DNA of 64,000 bases from Chloropicon primus. Lineage: Eukaryota. Positions 1 through 10,492 of the stretch are shown here, one piece after another (the stretch's first letter is position 1; every line of letters starts with the position of its first letter). The notes below the pieces were generated by a model. That model saw only the letters and a program-made list of their open reading frames with translations, made no database searches and was not told where the DNA came from. Location of the stretch: assembly GCA_023205875.1 (NCBI GenBank), contig CP060767.1:372001-436000 (forward strand). The letters run 5' to 3'. Position numbers and translations under genes: made by a program.

Positions 1-3000
1 AAAACTCTTGCTATGACACCAGTGAAAGTGTTCCTGAACTTTTGGAGATACTCCAGTCCTCAAAGGACTGTGCGCGGGAAATGAAGTCGTTGCTTGCTCC
101 AAAGTTCAGCAAATCTCAGACAATGAGCGAGATGATCCAGGTGCACAAGAAGAGCAAGAAGAAAAAGATTTCCTGGAAAGATCTTTGGCCAATATTCCCA
201 GCAAAGGGCAGCATTCCGCGTGCAAAGGACGTCCTTTGCAGGCTGTGGGGCTTGCACGCGCAGCTTCTTTTGTGTGAAAAGAAGTTGGGCAACAAGGGCT
301 TCTCTGCATTGGAAGGCATTGCAAAATCCCTTGAGCAAGAACTCTCTCTCGTCCAAGAATTCGAGGAGCCCGCCCGCGGGAGACAGATGGAGGACGCCGA
401 ATATGCAGCTTTCATGTCTTCTGCTGGCAAAAGCATTGAAAGGACGACAGAGGACCTTCTGATTTGGATGGAGCAGCTCTCCTTGCACAAAGATGATCAG
501 GCCCAGGAATGGCTGCGATCGGACGAGGCCGATTGGGATTCTCTGCAAGCAAACTTGGCGACGAGCAAGCTTGCAATTTTGGGCAGCCAGGTGAACATCA
601 AGCACGCTTGCCAAGCCGAGGAAAACCTGGTGCAGCTGTTCCAAATTTTGAGCTCAAAGGATTTGAGGTCCGAGGACGACTTGGTTCTCGTGCTGCAAGA
701 AGTGTCGAGCCTGAAGGACCTCTGTGAGGTCGCCATTGCTACGTATCAGGATCTGTCCATACAAACGTTGGCGCTCTCGAAGGCTCTGGCAAAACTTACT
801 CACATCTGCTCCTCCGTCTTTGTGGGCTTGTGCAAAGACGGCTACTGCTCCCCGCCGGACGCCAGCGACAGGAGGGTTGACGAGAATGGCGCATTTGAGG
901 AAGCCGATGGCGTTGGAATGGGAGAGGGGGAAGGGGCGAAGGACGTTAGCGACAAGATTGAGAACGAGGAGCAGGTGGAGGGCCTGAAAGGCGACGATCC
1001 GGGGGAGGACAAGGAGGCTCAACCAGAGGAAAACACCAAGGGCGTTGAAATGGGAGATGACTTTGAGGGCAACATGTTCGACATATCAGAAGACGAAAGC
1101 GATGGCGAGAACAACGAGGAGGAGGGAGAGGAGCAAGAGAACTTGGATCAGCAGATTGGAGACATGGATGAGACTTTTGATGCGGCGGACGAGCGTCTCT
1201 GGAACGACGAGGATGAAGAGAGCCAGAACAAGGAGAAGGAAGAGGACGGGGATGCTATTGGTGGCCTGACAGATGACATGATGGCCGCTGAGGACGGAAA
1301 CGATAAGGACGAGAAGGAGGCCGAGCAGGAGAAGAATGCCGAGCAGGAGAAGGAGAAGGGCGCGGACGAGAAAGAAGCTGATGAGGAGATCAACGACATG
1401 GAGGCGGACAAGGACCATGGCTTGCACGTGGACAAGGAGTTGAAGGAGGAGGAGGATGGCGACGGTGAGGACGAGGAGAGGGAAAAAGAGGAAGGTGGAA
1501 ACGAGGGAGAAGGAGAGGGGGAGGTGGAGAAGCAGCCAGACGAGAAATCTGAGAATGATGGGCAGGAAGCTGCGGAGACGGAGCCAATGAAGGCGGAAGA
1601 GGCTGATACAGGCGATAATGGCGAGGAGGAGGGGGGCGAGGATGCTTTGGCTGACTTGCCTGAGCTGGGTGATCAGGAGGACTCCAAGGATCAAGATGAG
1701 AACGAAGAAATGGAAGACCAGCCTGGAGAGACCAAGGAGCAACCCAACGATATGGAGGAGAACGAGGAGGAGAACGAGGGGGAGGATCCGATGGACACCG
1801 AGTACCAGCAGAATAACGACGATCTTCAGGACAATGACGACGCCGCCGGGAATGAGGGCCCAGAAGGTCAGCCCAGCCGCCAAGACCTCCCGGAAGATCA
1901 TGTGAACTCTGGCGCGGGAGGCAGCCACGGCATGCGCGACCAGGACGAGGACGCCTTGGACAGAGCCGACGAGCAGGAGATGGACAAGGACTGGACTGCA
2001 AACAAGCAGGCCGGATCGCAGAATGTGGACACTCAGAACAGGGTGGAGCACCGCTCCAACGAGATGGATGCGACCCAGCAGAAGAGTGGCGTGAATCCGC
2101 ACAGAAAGTTGGGCGAAGCCATGGAAAAGTGGAAGCTTGACGTGTCCGTTACAATGGACCTGAAGCAGACCGAAGGGGCTCAAGATGACCGAGACCCGGA
2201 AGACGTCCACGACGAGTACGCTTATGACGCGGACCAGAACGCTGGGACGGGGGATGGCCCAGAGGCCCTGGGCCAAGCCCATGAGACCAAGGAAGATGCG
2301 GAGCAATTGGAAGGCATGGAGGAGGACAGGGTGCCAGAATCACGCGAGGATGGGGACGACCTCGGGGAGGAGGAGAGGAAGATCGTGGAGGAATCAAAGA
2401 CAAATCCGCCGCGCACAGGGGACGACGACCCGGTCTCCAAGCTGGTTCCAAAGAGCGACGTGAAAGTCGAGCTGTCGGATGCCGAGGCCTCCGAGGAGGA
2501 GGAGGAGGAGGGCCCGGCTGGCTTGGACATGGGCGACGACGACTTGTGGGCGAGGGGGGAAAGGGATACTTTGATGCACGTTTCCAGGAAGAATTTTGCG
2601 TCTGAAGTTGGCGGAGAACTGCAGCTCCCGGGGGACGGGAATCTGGTGACTCTCGACGACGTCCTCGACACGGAGGAGGGAAGAGCGAAGTGGCAGAGCA
2701 GCAGCTCATCGGTGGAGTCCCTCGTGGGCGAGCTGACGGAGCAGCTCAGACTGACTCTCATTCCCACGCAAATCAGCAAGATGGCCGGCGATTTCAGGAC
2801 TGGCAAGAGGCTGAACATCCGAAAGCTCATTCCTTACATCGCTTCCAACTTCAAGAAGGACAAGATCTGGCTGAGGAGAACCCAGCCCGACAAGAGGAAG
2901 TACCAGGTCCTTCTGGCGGTCGACGACAGCAGGAGCATGATCGAGAACAAGTGCGAGAAGTTTGCGCTGGACTCGGTCGCGCTGTTGTGCAACGCCATGT

Positions 3001-3548
3001 CCCGCCTCGAGGTGGGAGACTTGGGCATCCTGAGCTTTGGCGGCGCCCAGGGCGTTACGGAGCTCCACCCCCTGGGAAAGCCGTTCGACAATGCCTCCGG
3101 GGTTTCCATCTCTTCCGCGCTGAGTTTCAACCAGGAGAGCACAGTTCAGCAGCAGCCCGTGCTTTCCCTCCTGCAGGACGGCCTCGGCATCTTTCGGAGA
3201 TCGAAGCAGGGTCTCAACCTCTTCGACGAGCCGGAGGGCCTGCACCAGCTGTTCCTGATCGTCGCGGACGGCCGAATCAATGAGGGGGACGCCATCAAGA
3301 GCATCGTTCACGACGCCCTCGCCGAGGGCGGGCTCATGATCGTCTTCATCGTCCTCGACACCAGCAGGAACTCCTTGCTTGACATCCAGACGGTGGAGTT
3401 CGTGGACGGAAAGCCGGTCCTGAAAAAGTACATGGACACCTTCGCGTTTCCCCACTACCTCCTGCTCAGAGAAATCAAGAGCTTGCCCCACTCCATCGCG
3501 GGGATCATCAAGCAGTGGATCGAGATGACCCTCGGAGCGGCGGCTTGA
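1..3548 (+). CDS. MDN1: Midasin (Rea1/MDN1) AAA-ATPase, C-terminal part; 5' end lies outside the window
   Basis: Frame is open back to the window edge. A long D/E-rich linker is followed by GDFRTGKRLNIRKLIPYIASNFKKDKIWLRRT and a vWA/MIDAS domain (LLAVDDSRSM ... FLIVADGR ... YMDTFAFPHY), the characteristic midasin tail. Confidence 0.95.
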   Translation, partial: NSCYDTSESVPELLEILQSSKDCAREMKSLLAPKFSKSQTMSEMIQVHKKSKKKKISWKDLWPIFPAKGSIPRAKDVLCRLWGLHAQLLLCEKKLGNKGFSALEGIAKSLEQELSLVQEFEEPARGRQMEDAEYAAFMSSAGKSIERTTEDLLIWMEQLSLHKDDQAQEWLRSDEADWDSLQANLATSKLAILGSQVNIKHACQAEENLVQLFQILSSKDLRSEDDLVLVLQEVSSLKDLCEVAIATYQDLSIQTLALSKALAKLTHICSSVFVGLCKDGYCSPPDASDRRVDENGAFEEADGVGMGEGEGAKDVSDKIENEEQVEGLKGDDPGEDKEAQPEENTKGVEMGDDFEGNMFDISEDESDGENNEEEGEEQENLDQQIGDMDETFDAADERLWNDEDEESQNKEKEEDGDAIGGLTDDMMAAEDGNDKDEKEAEQEKNAEQEKEKGADEKEADEEINDMEADKDHGLHVDKELKEEEDGDGEDEEREKEEGGNEGEGEGEVEKQPDEKSENDGQEAAETEPMKAEEADTGDNGEEEGGEDALADLPELGDQEDSKDQDENEEMEDQPGETKEQPNDMEENEEENEGEDPMDTEYQQNNDDLQDNDDAAGNEGPEGQPSRQDLPEDHVNSGAGGSHGMRDQDEDALDRADEQEMDKDWTANKQAGSQNVDTQNRVEHRSNEMDATQQKSGVNPHRKLGEAMEKWKLDVSVTMDLKQTEGAQDDRDPEDVHDEYAYDADQNAGTGDGPEALGQAHETKEDAEQLEGMEEDRVPESREDGDDLGEEERKIVEESKTNPPRTGDDDPVSKLVPKSDVKVELSDAEASEEEEEEGPAGLDMGDDDLWARGERDTLMHVSRKNFASEVGGELQLPGDGNLVTLDDVLDTEEGRAKWQSSSSSVESLVGELTEQLRLTLIPTQISKMAGDFRTGKRLNIRKLIPYIASNFKKDKIWLRRTQPDKRKYQVLLAVDDSRSMIENKCEKFALDSVALLCNAMSRLEVGDLGILSFGGAQGVTELHPLGKPFDNASGVSISSALSFNQESTVQQQPVLSLLQDGLGIFRRSKQGLNLFDEPEGLHQLFLIVADGRINEGDAIKSIVHDALAEGGLMIVFIVLDTSRNSLLDIQTVEFVDGKPVLKKYMDTFAFPHYLLLREIKSLPHSIAGIIKQWIEMTLGAAA

Positions 3549-4188
3549 GGAGGAGGTGAGGAGGAGTTATTTATTTTCTCATTCTAGATTATTATTTTTT
3601 CTGCATGCGCGTGCGGCTCGGTGCGGCATCGTGCGTGCGTGCATGTGTGTAAGACTACTGTATGTATCTTCATCGTGTGTGTACCTATCTTGTGTGTATC
3701 TCTCTTGGAGAGATGGCAGGATCATCCATCGCCTTTCCTCCCACACCTCATTCTTTTCAAGTGAGGCCTCTTGGGAAGCAGCAAGAGAGAGCAAGAGAGA
3801 GCAAGAGAGAGCAAGAGAGAAGGGATCATCCATGACGAGGCACCAATCCCCTCCCTCCCTCCATGACAACCATCACCAGGATCCCCTTCCTCTCTTCTGG
3901 GACAGAAAGCAAAAAAAATCTGCAGCGCCCACAGCCACGTGATGGTTCTGAGTAGAAAACCCATGTTATGGGGGCAAAAAAAACTAATGCGTCGGACGGA
4001 CAGACAGAACCCTCGCGCTGCGAGTTTGTTTGAGACTCTTCCTCTCTCTGTCTCTTTTTTCGACGACGAGGCCGAGCGACGCGGACGCAGGGAGAAGAAC
4101 GGAACGAATCCTCTTCTCGAGCTCTTTCGATTCATCCCTCGGTCGAGGATTTTGACGCACGGGAGACGACGTGAGATCGTCTTGGAAG

Positions 4189-5134
4189 ATGATGAAAAGG
4201 ATGAGCACCACAAGTGCCAAGAGGTTGTTGGCGACGGGGGGAGCGAGGGGGTGCGCGGTGCGTTACTCTCGCGTGGTTGTAACGCCCAGAAGGCTTGCGA
4301 GGAATCGCACGACGACGCTCGCTGCTGCGGAGAGGACGGACGAGTTCTCCGAGGTGTTCGGCGATGAGCCCGAGGAAACATCCTTCTTCTCTGCACAGTC
4401 GGTGGAGAAGACTACGCCCGTGACCTTTGAGCTCCCCCTCAGCGTTGCCTTTGGCGACGAGGTTTGCGTCGTTGGCGATGCGCAGGTTCGTTTCAAAACA
4501 AGCACTCCCTTTTCCGTTTCGTCTGCTTTTTTCCCGTGACGTAACGCTCGAGTTTTCGTCATCTCAACATCATCATGATCATCATGATCATCGCGCTGAC
4601 ACACTCCACAACTTTTTGCTTCTCTCCTCCAAGGGGCTCGGCTCGTGGAGCTTGTCGAAAGCGAAGAAGCTGGAATGGCACGATGGCGACGTTTGGAGCG
4701 CACAGGTTGACCTTCCCAGTGGCGCGGACATCCAGGTGAGTCCCATCCGTCGACGCCGGTCGTGCTCTCTCTCTCTCTCTCTCTCTCTCTTCGCCTCCGA
4801 TGGAGGTGCTGACGTCTTCGTCCTTTGCCTTCTCCCCTCTGTGCAGTACAAGTACGCGATCACGAGTCACAATCAGGAGGACGCCAAGTGGATGCCAGGT
4901 CCGAACTTCTCCGTCAGTGTTCCGGACTCGGCACTGGACGTGAAGGACGCGTGGGGTCAGGCCAAGAAGGAGCAGGGCATGCCCGGAAACGGCAACGGCG
5001 CCGCGGACTTGTCGCAAGCGGACGCCCTCTCCAAGATGACCGTCAAGGAGATCAAAACGCTGCTGAAAGATAAAGGCCTTCCCGTCAGCGGGAAAAAGGC
5101 CGACCTCATCGGGAGGCTGATCCCTCACTTGTGA
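4189..5134 (+). CDS. Plastid-targeted CBM20 starch-binding protein with C-terminal SAP domain (3 exons: 4189-4485, 4634-4735, 4847-5134)
   Basis: R/T/A-rich transit-like N-terminus. GT-AG introns 4486-4633 and 4736-4846 join in frame to give VTFELPLSVAFGDEVCVVGDAQ|GLGSW...W...WSAQVDLP...|YKY...W.PGPN (CBM20). The C-terminus LSKMTVKEIKTLLKDKGLPVSGKKADLIGRL fits the SAP consensus. Start codon uncertain. Confidence 0.8.
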
Positions 5135-5537
5135 GGCAGACCAGACCAGCTCCCTGCTAGGTGATAGATGGATGAGTAGAAGAAAAGCGATAAAATTTTT
5201 TTTTTTCCTGTACTTTCGTTTCAACCCAACCCGTCAGCCCTCGACGCTCCCGAGCCCGAGCACGAAAGTACACAAGCCCTCGTGAGCGAGTGTCATGCCC
5301 AAGTGTGCAAGCGTCGTGGCACACACCGTTGGAAAGGTCTCGGCATGCAGGTTCCCGATCTATTCCTCTCCCCTCTCCCTGGAAAGGTCCTCCCTCCATT
5401 ACTCGCGTCCAAAGTCTCAGAGTCCCCCAAACTTCCGACCTTGCTGACCTGGATCCCACCATGAGCGAGTCGTGACCTTTGACGCTCGAGACAACAGCGA
5501 GCGTCGAGGCGAAGGGGTCGAGGGTCCCGCACACACC

Positions 5538-6785
5538 ATGTGGTGCTGCGGCCTTGGACGTGGACCCCATCCTTCCTCATCGGAAGCTTGCTGCATTGAA
5601 TCATCTCAAGAAGGGCTCCATCCCATCGCAACAAGTTTGAAGGAGGAGCAAGGGAACCATCTTGAGCATCCCACGAGGGAAGTCGTTGTTGTTGTGGATG
5701 ATGATGCTGATGAAGATGATGTTCTTGTTGTTGAGGAGAGATGGCCGATGGAGGAGGAGGAGGAGGAGGAGGATGCGACTTGGTACGACAGTCTCGAGAA
5801 TGCGTTCGACATGGATGGCACGGCTTCGCTTTCCACAATAGTCGAGGAGGAGGAGAACGTGCCTGGCTCCATGTACATGGTGGCTTCGGGTCACGAGATA
5901 CAGAAAGTGTTTGCCCTGTACTCGAATGGGTTGCTGCTGAAAGCTTACGATGCTCTGTGCAAGGTGAAGGAGGAGGGCTGTTCGATCTTGAAAGCCAAGT
6001 TGGATGAAGTGAAGCGTGCGTACGGACGCTACCAGCAGAGTTCAGAGGAGACTGAGGACCCTCATGGGTATACTGTGGCCCACCAAGCGAGGCCCAAGGT
6101 GTCTTACAGGCACCTCAGGGGATCCAAGGTTCACTCAGTGAAGCTGGAGATGGATCTGGACTTTCCCCTGGAGCGTGTCTGGGCCATGGGATGGGAGTTT
6201 GATCTGCTTGACACTTGGAACCCATACGCGATCGAGCCCAAGGTGTTGACGACGGAGAACGACCAGGAGCTGACGCTGAACACTGCCGTGTGGCTGCCTT
6301 GGCCGTTCCACCCGAGGGAGCTTTACGTGCACGTCAAGTGGTATGACCTTCTGGAGGAGCAAGGGTGCTTTTTCGTGACCCTGCACGACATCGAGTACGA
6401 GAACAAGCTGAAGGAGAGCTACATCCTGGATCGGGAGGATAACGGCCGAGGTGAGCCGAAGAAGAAGAGGAAGAGGGAGAGGGCTGCGCTCCTCAAGGGC
6501 TCGTGCGCTTGGGTCTGGCCCGAGAGGGATCCCGAGAATTCCTGCTCGAGGAAGACGAGAGTTTTGTTCAGCATGCACGCGGACCCTTTGGTGTTCTCCC
6601 CTCCCAACTGGCTGGTGAACTTTGTTCTCAAGCTCATGGCGCCGACGATCTACAAGACTCTCGTGAAGGCTCTTCACGAGATCTACGGCAAGGGCTCCAG
6701 CAGCGAGTACCCGAGGAGGGTGGGAGCGAAGAAGCTGTACACGGTCTTGAGGGAACGGGTCGAGAAGGCTGAGCTCCTCGGATGA
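5538..6785 (+). CDS. START/SRPBCC-like lipid-binding domain protein
   Basis: Long ORF with acidic N-terminus, then WEFDLLDTWNP, WLPWPFHPREL and DP.VFSPPNWLVNFVLKLMAP, typical of START-fold proteins. First ATG at 5538. Confidence 0.7.
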   Translation: MWCCGLGRGPHPSSSEACCIESSQEGLHPIATSLKEEQGNHLEHPTREVVVVVDDDADEDDVLVVEERWPMEEEEEEEDATWYDSLENAFDMDGTASLSTIVEEEENVPGSMYMVASGHEIQKVFALYSNGLLLKAYDALCKVKEEGCSILKAKLDEVKRAYGRYQQSSEETEDPHGYTVAHQARPKVSYRHLRGSKVHSVKLEMDLDFPLERVWAMGWEFDLLDTWNPYAIEPKVLTTENDQELTLNTAVWLPWPFHPRELYVHVKWYDLLEEQGCFFVTLHDIEYENKLKESYILDREDNGRGEPKKKRKRERAALLKGSCAWVWPERDPENSCSRKTRVLFSMHADPLVFSPPNWLVNFVLKLMAPTIYKTLVKALHEIYGKGSSSEYPRRVGAKKLYTVLRERVEKAELLG

Positions 6786-6866
6786 TTTTTTTGGAGTATT
6801 TATTATTGATAAAATTGCTGTACATATGAATATGAATAGTTTACACACGAGCAAACAAGGAGTCAG

Positions 6867-8156
6867 TCACTCGAACACGAAGGGCAAGGTGACCTCGGTG
6901 TCGCCGCTCGACTTGGGGAAGGACAAGTTCGCGATGCCTTCGACGATGACTTCGAGTATGAGCTGCCTGGCGTCCTCCGGCGGTTCGACGGACGCCCCAT
7001 CCAGCGCGAGAACGGGCGCTCCTGGTATGGGAACCAGAGTATCGGAGAGCCAGTCGATGCTCTCAACGGAGCCGTCCTTCAGGACGTGCAGCCGAATGGC
7101 GAGCATTCCCGTGGCCGGCGGCATCTGCTGCAGCTCCGCGCTGATGGACTCCATGCACTCGGCGAGAGGCTCCTGAACCGCGTCCGCGTCCAAGGCGCCG
7201 TCGAAGAACGGCCTCGGATCCGCGAACCAGCCGTGGAGGACGAGCCTCCCCTCCCGGGGGTCCTGGGACCCGCGCACGGCGGACACGCCGTGAGGCAAGC
7301 GAGGGTCGAAGACAATCAACTTGTTGAAGTCGGGCGAGACCTTGTCGAAGATGTCCCCCGACTCGCACCCCTTGGCGGGATCGTAGGTCCTCCAATACTC
7401 CAGAATCCTGGGCTTCATGATCGTCGTCTCCCCGCCCTCGAACGCGTGCCCCTCCTCGGTGAGGCTCAGAACGAAAGCCCACGGCCCGTGGGGATTGTCC
7501 GCGTGGAACCCCTGGTAGCACCCGTCCACGTAGCAGGACAGCCAAAGCGGGGTCATCCTGGAGCACCCGAGCTCCCGCTGGCCGTACCCGAGCAGAGCGT
7601 CCTCGAGTCCCCGGTAGTCCTGGTCGGAGAAGTACCTCTTCGCTGGAGTCCGCAACAGATTGTACTGGTCTGGGACGTTCCAGTAATCCCAAACGAACCT
7701 CTCCGCCCCGCCCTGCCTCGGATCACGGAACCGGGAGTCAAAAGTCTCGCGCAACCTCCTCGCCAACTCCGGTGGCAGCAAGTCTGGAGTGACCCTCAAG
7801 TGCTCCCTCTTGCTCCAAAGGTCCTCCTCCTCCTCCTCGGCGTCGCCGTCGTCGTTGTTGGAAGCAGTAGCATCGTCCGTGAGGTGAACTGGACCGTCCG
7901 ACGACCGCATCGCCACCACACGAAGCCCTCGAGAGGACGCATGCTGACGACGGATGGACCTCACCTTCATCTTCAACAACAACAACGAGTTGGAATGCCT
8001 CCTGCTGCTGCTGCTGGAATCTCCGCGACGAGGGCGACGACGACGGGAGCGAAGGGTTGCGCAATCAGCGGCTACCGCTCCGAACCGAAGCCCGCAAGCA
8101 GAAGGACGAGGAGATGGATAAGGAATCGTCGTCGTCTTCATCCCATTCATCAGCAT
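6867..8156 (-). CDS. 2OG-Fe(II) oxygenase (P4H-like), plastid-targeted, with TonB-C-like C-terminal domain
   Basis: S/R-rich transit peptide; HxD motif (GFHADNPHG), distal His (RLPHGVS), GRLVLHGWF; tail NLSFPKSSGDTEVTLPFVFE. Confidence 0.75.
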   Translation of the reverse strand: MLMNGMKTTTIPYPSPRPSACGLRFGAVAADCATLRSRRRRPRRGDSSSSSRRHSNSLLLLKMKVRSIRRQHASSRGLRVVAMRSSDGPVHLTDDATASNNDDGDAEEEEEDLWSKREHLRVTPDLLPPELARRLRETFDSRFRDPRQGGAERFVWDYWNVPDQYNLLRTPAKRYFSDQDYRGLEDALLGYGQRELGCSRMTPLWLSCYVDGCYQGFHADNPHGPWAFVLSLTEEGHAFEGGETTIMKPRILEYWRTYDPAKGCESGDIFDKVSPDFNKLIVFDPRLPHGVSAVRGSQDPREGRLVLHGWFADPRPFFDGALDADAVQEPLAECMESISAELQQMPPATGMLAIRLHVLKDGSVESIDWLSDTLVPIPGAPVLALDGASVEPPEDARQLILEVIVEGIANLSFPKSSGDTEVTLPFVFE

Positions 8157-8165
8157 CGAAAGGCC

Positions 8166-8196
<31 letters not shown>

Positions 8197-8507
8197 CGAA
8201 ACGAAACCAAACGTAAACAAGGGTAAGGAGAAGAGAGACCGGTGGTCACTCGAGTGATGAGACGGAAACGATCGTCCCGTTCCTCCTCTTCCTCCTCCTC
8301 TTCCTCCTCCTCTTCTTCCTCTTCCGTCGTCCGCTCTCGACGAGTATGCGGCAAACTTCAACTTTTTCTCTCGAGCTCAAAAGGGCTCGAGAGAGTCGTA
8401 ACCGTAACCGACGTAACCGATCGGTCAGGACAAAGGAAGATGGCGCTCGAGTGTGTTCTCAAGCGGCGGGGCGGGAGAATTGTGTTCTGTTTTGAAGACC
8501 GTCGGCG

Positions 8508-9276
8508 GGTTGGTTCATGGTCTCCACAAACGCCTCGGCTCTGGGCTGTCGATTCATGTCCTTGGGATCGAAGCACCTGCGGCAAACCGAGAAAAATTCT
8601 CCACAGGAGGCAGAGGAGAAGGACTCGGGGCCGCGCAATTGAGAGGAACAGCGGCGCGCGAACTCCCTCCTCCTCGGACTCCCCCTCTCAGTAACATCTC
8701 ACCCCTCATTGCGGACGAAAAAACCTGCGAAACAATATTCGACGGAGGTCATGGCGCGCGGAACGAGAATGAGAGCGTCGTCGTCGTCGTCGTCGTTGTC
8801 GTCGTTGTTGCTGTTGTTGCTGCTGCTGGTCGTCCTTGCCTTGGCCACCACCACCGTGCATTGCGCAAGCCCAACAAAGGATGCAGATCCGACAGTCCAC
8901 GACAACAACCAGCAGATGCAACGCTTGAGGGGCTTGCTGGCCTTGAACCTCACTGGGACTCTGGGGTTCACGACGAGCGGCACGGGCAAGGGGTACGACA
9001 TGGATCCCACCATGGAGAGCGTGAACACTACCCAGACGGCTTGCACGGGGTACTACTGCACGAACAAGGGTCTGGAGGAGCCCATCCTGAACCAGAAGGC
9101 CTCCACCGGGATCGTGATCACGGGGGGCAAGGACGCCTCGGCGAATGGTTTGGTGTTCTCCGCAGACCTCGTGAACGGGGTAACGGACGGCGTGGGATCC
9201 GGCATTACTGTGGCGTACAACGGTGCCACGGGCGAGGGGGATGGCTCCGTCACCAAGTCCATGGTCACGCACGACG
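8508..9276 (+). repeat. Copy 1 of near-identical duplicated block (promoter/5'UTR plus 5' CDS)
   Basis: Direct comparison: matches 10493-11261 at a constant offset of 1985, with only a few substitutions up to ~9141 and a short divergent patch after that. Confidence 0.95.
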
Positions 9277-10334
9277 TCAATCTCGGCAAGGTGGAGGGCA
9301 AGGACAAGGTTTTCGATCAGAATGCGAGGCCCCAGAAGGAGTCGCAGGCGGACACGAACCTGATGGGCAAGGGCTCGGCATTCAACATCGGTTTGACGAC
9401 GGACACGATGGACATCAACAACGCCACGCTGGTGCTGAACCTCGTGAAGGCGACGGACGAGGGCACGACGGTTGTGGGCAAGTCCACCGCGAACATTTTG
9501 CCCAGCATGAAGACCGGCGAGGCCAACTCGAACCTCAGGGTGAGGGGCGGCAGCGGCATGGGGCTGGCGGCCTCGGGCCAGATGAGCAACGAGACCTCCC
9601 TCGCCCTTGCCGGGATCATCAAGAGCGGGACGGACGGGTACAACGTGGACTCGACCGGAACGATCAAGACGGGGAGGTCGAACGCGGACGTGCAGAGGAC
9701 GTCCAAATCGGTGACCAACGTCAACCTCAACGGAGCCATGTCGGGGTTCGGCCTGGGCGTGGGCGCCGCCCTGACCGTCAAGGAGATCACGGCGCCAACG
9801 GAGAACATGACTCTTGCCGCCACGCTCGGAGCGAACCTCATACCCGTCAAGGGCATCGGATCTTCCAGGGCAACGTCCGAGGCGACCAAGAGGGGAAGGA
9901 GGGAGAAGAGTGAGACGACCACCAGCTCGATTACGGGGGGACTCACGCTCCCCCTCGCCGTGGGCGGTGCGACCACCGGATTCGAGAACACTTACGCCGC
10001 CTCGGGAGCCGCCTCGACGCTCGCCGGAGTCTCCAGGTCCTCGGCGGTCGGACAGATGAGCACCGATCGGGCGATGACCAACTCCAATTTCGTCGGCCTC
10101 GGTATCGCCGGCGGCATCGCCAAGGGAGGTAGCATGGAGGCCATGTCCGCAGCCGGGGGGGCTGGACTCGGGTCTGCAGGAAACCTGGGACCCGCAGTCT
10201 TCGCACTCGCGCCCCCGATCCCGACGAATTTTGCGTACGCGAGCGCAGGCGGCAGTCCCTGCTTTGCCCCCCAGGGAATCCTACCCTTCTGCTTCTCGGG
10301 CGGAAGGAGGAGTCTCCTTCTCCTTGTCGCTTGA
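8751..10334 (+). CDS. Secreted Gly/Thr/Ala/Ser-rich protein of unknown function, paralogue A
   Basis: Intronless ORF; poly-Leu signal peptide; RLRGLL pro-site; beta-strand-like G/T-rich body; C-terminal CFAPQGILPFC then GRRSLL (as translated in the ORF track). Confidence 0.8.
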   Translation: MARGTRMRASSSSSSLSSLLLLLLLLVVLALATTTVHCASPTKDADPTVHDNNQQMQRLRGLLALNLTGTLGFTTSGTGKGYDMDPTMESVNTTQTACTGYYCTNKGLEEPILNQKASTGIVITGGKDASANGLVFSADLVNGVTDGVGSGITVAYNGATGEGDGSVTKSMVTHDVNLGKVEGKDKVFDQNARPQKESQADTNLMGKGSAFNIGLTTDTMDINNATLVLNLVKATDEGTTVVGKSTANILPSMKTGEANSNLRVRGGSGMGLAASGQMSNETSLALAGIIKSGTDGYNVDSTGTIKTGRSNADVQRTSKSVTNVNLNGAMSGFGLGVGAALTVKEITAPTENMTLAATLGANLIPVKGIGSSRATSEATKRGRREKSETTTSSITGGLTLPLAVGGATTGFENTYAASGAASTLAGVSRSSAVGQMSTDRAMTNSNFVGLGIAGGIAKGGSMEAMSAAGGAGLGSAGNLGPAVFALAPPIPTNFAYASAGGSPCFAPQGILPFCFSGGRRSLLLLVA

Positions 10335-10492
10335 GAAAGCTTGCGTCCTTGTAATTTTTTGTCCGTAATTTACTTCTTCATAATACATCAAAGACAATCT
10401 TTTTCTGTAACGCACGGAGTCAAGGAGTCAGTCACGACAAGAAGGCGGCAAAGGGCGCTCGATTGTCTTCTCAAGCGGCGGACATTACTGCC

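Noticed and set aside
1086..2306. Long antisense ORFs (here and e.g. 23830-25038, 25111-27144, 30836-32437)
   Set aside because: Shadows of GC-rich, codon-biased genes on the opposite strand; no motifs of their own.
5238..5510. Possible structured RNA (RNase P/MRP/SRP-like words, 11-bp inverted repeat cctcgacgctc/gagcgtcgagg)
   Set aside because: The conserved boxes do not match properly, and short inverted repeats are expected at this GC content. An Infernal/Rfam scan would be needed.
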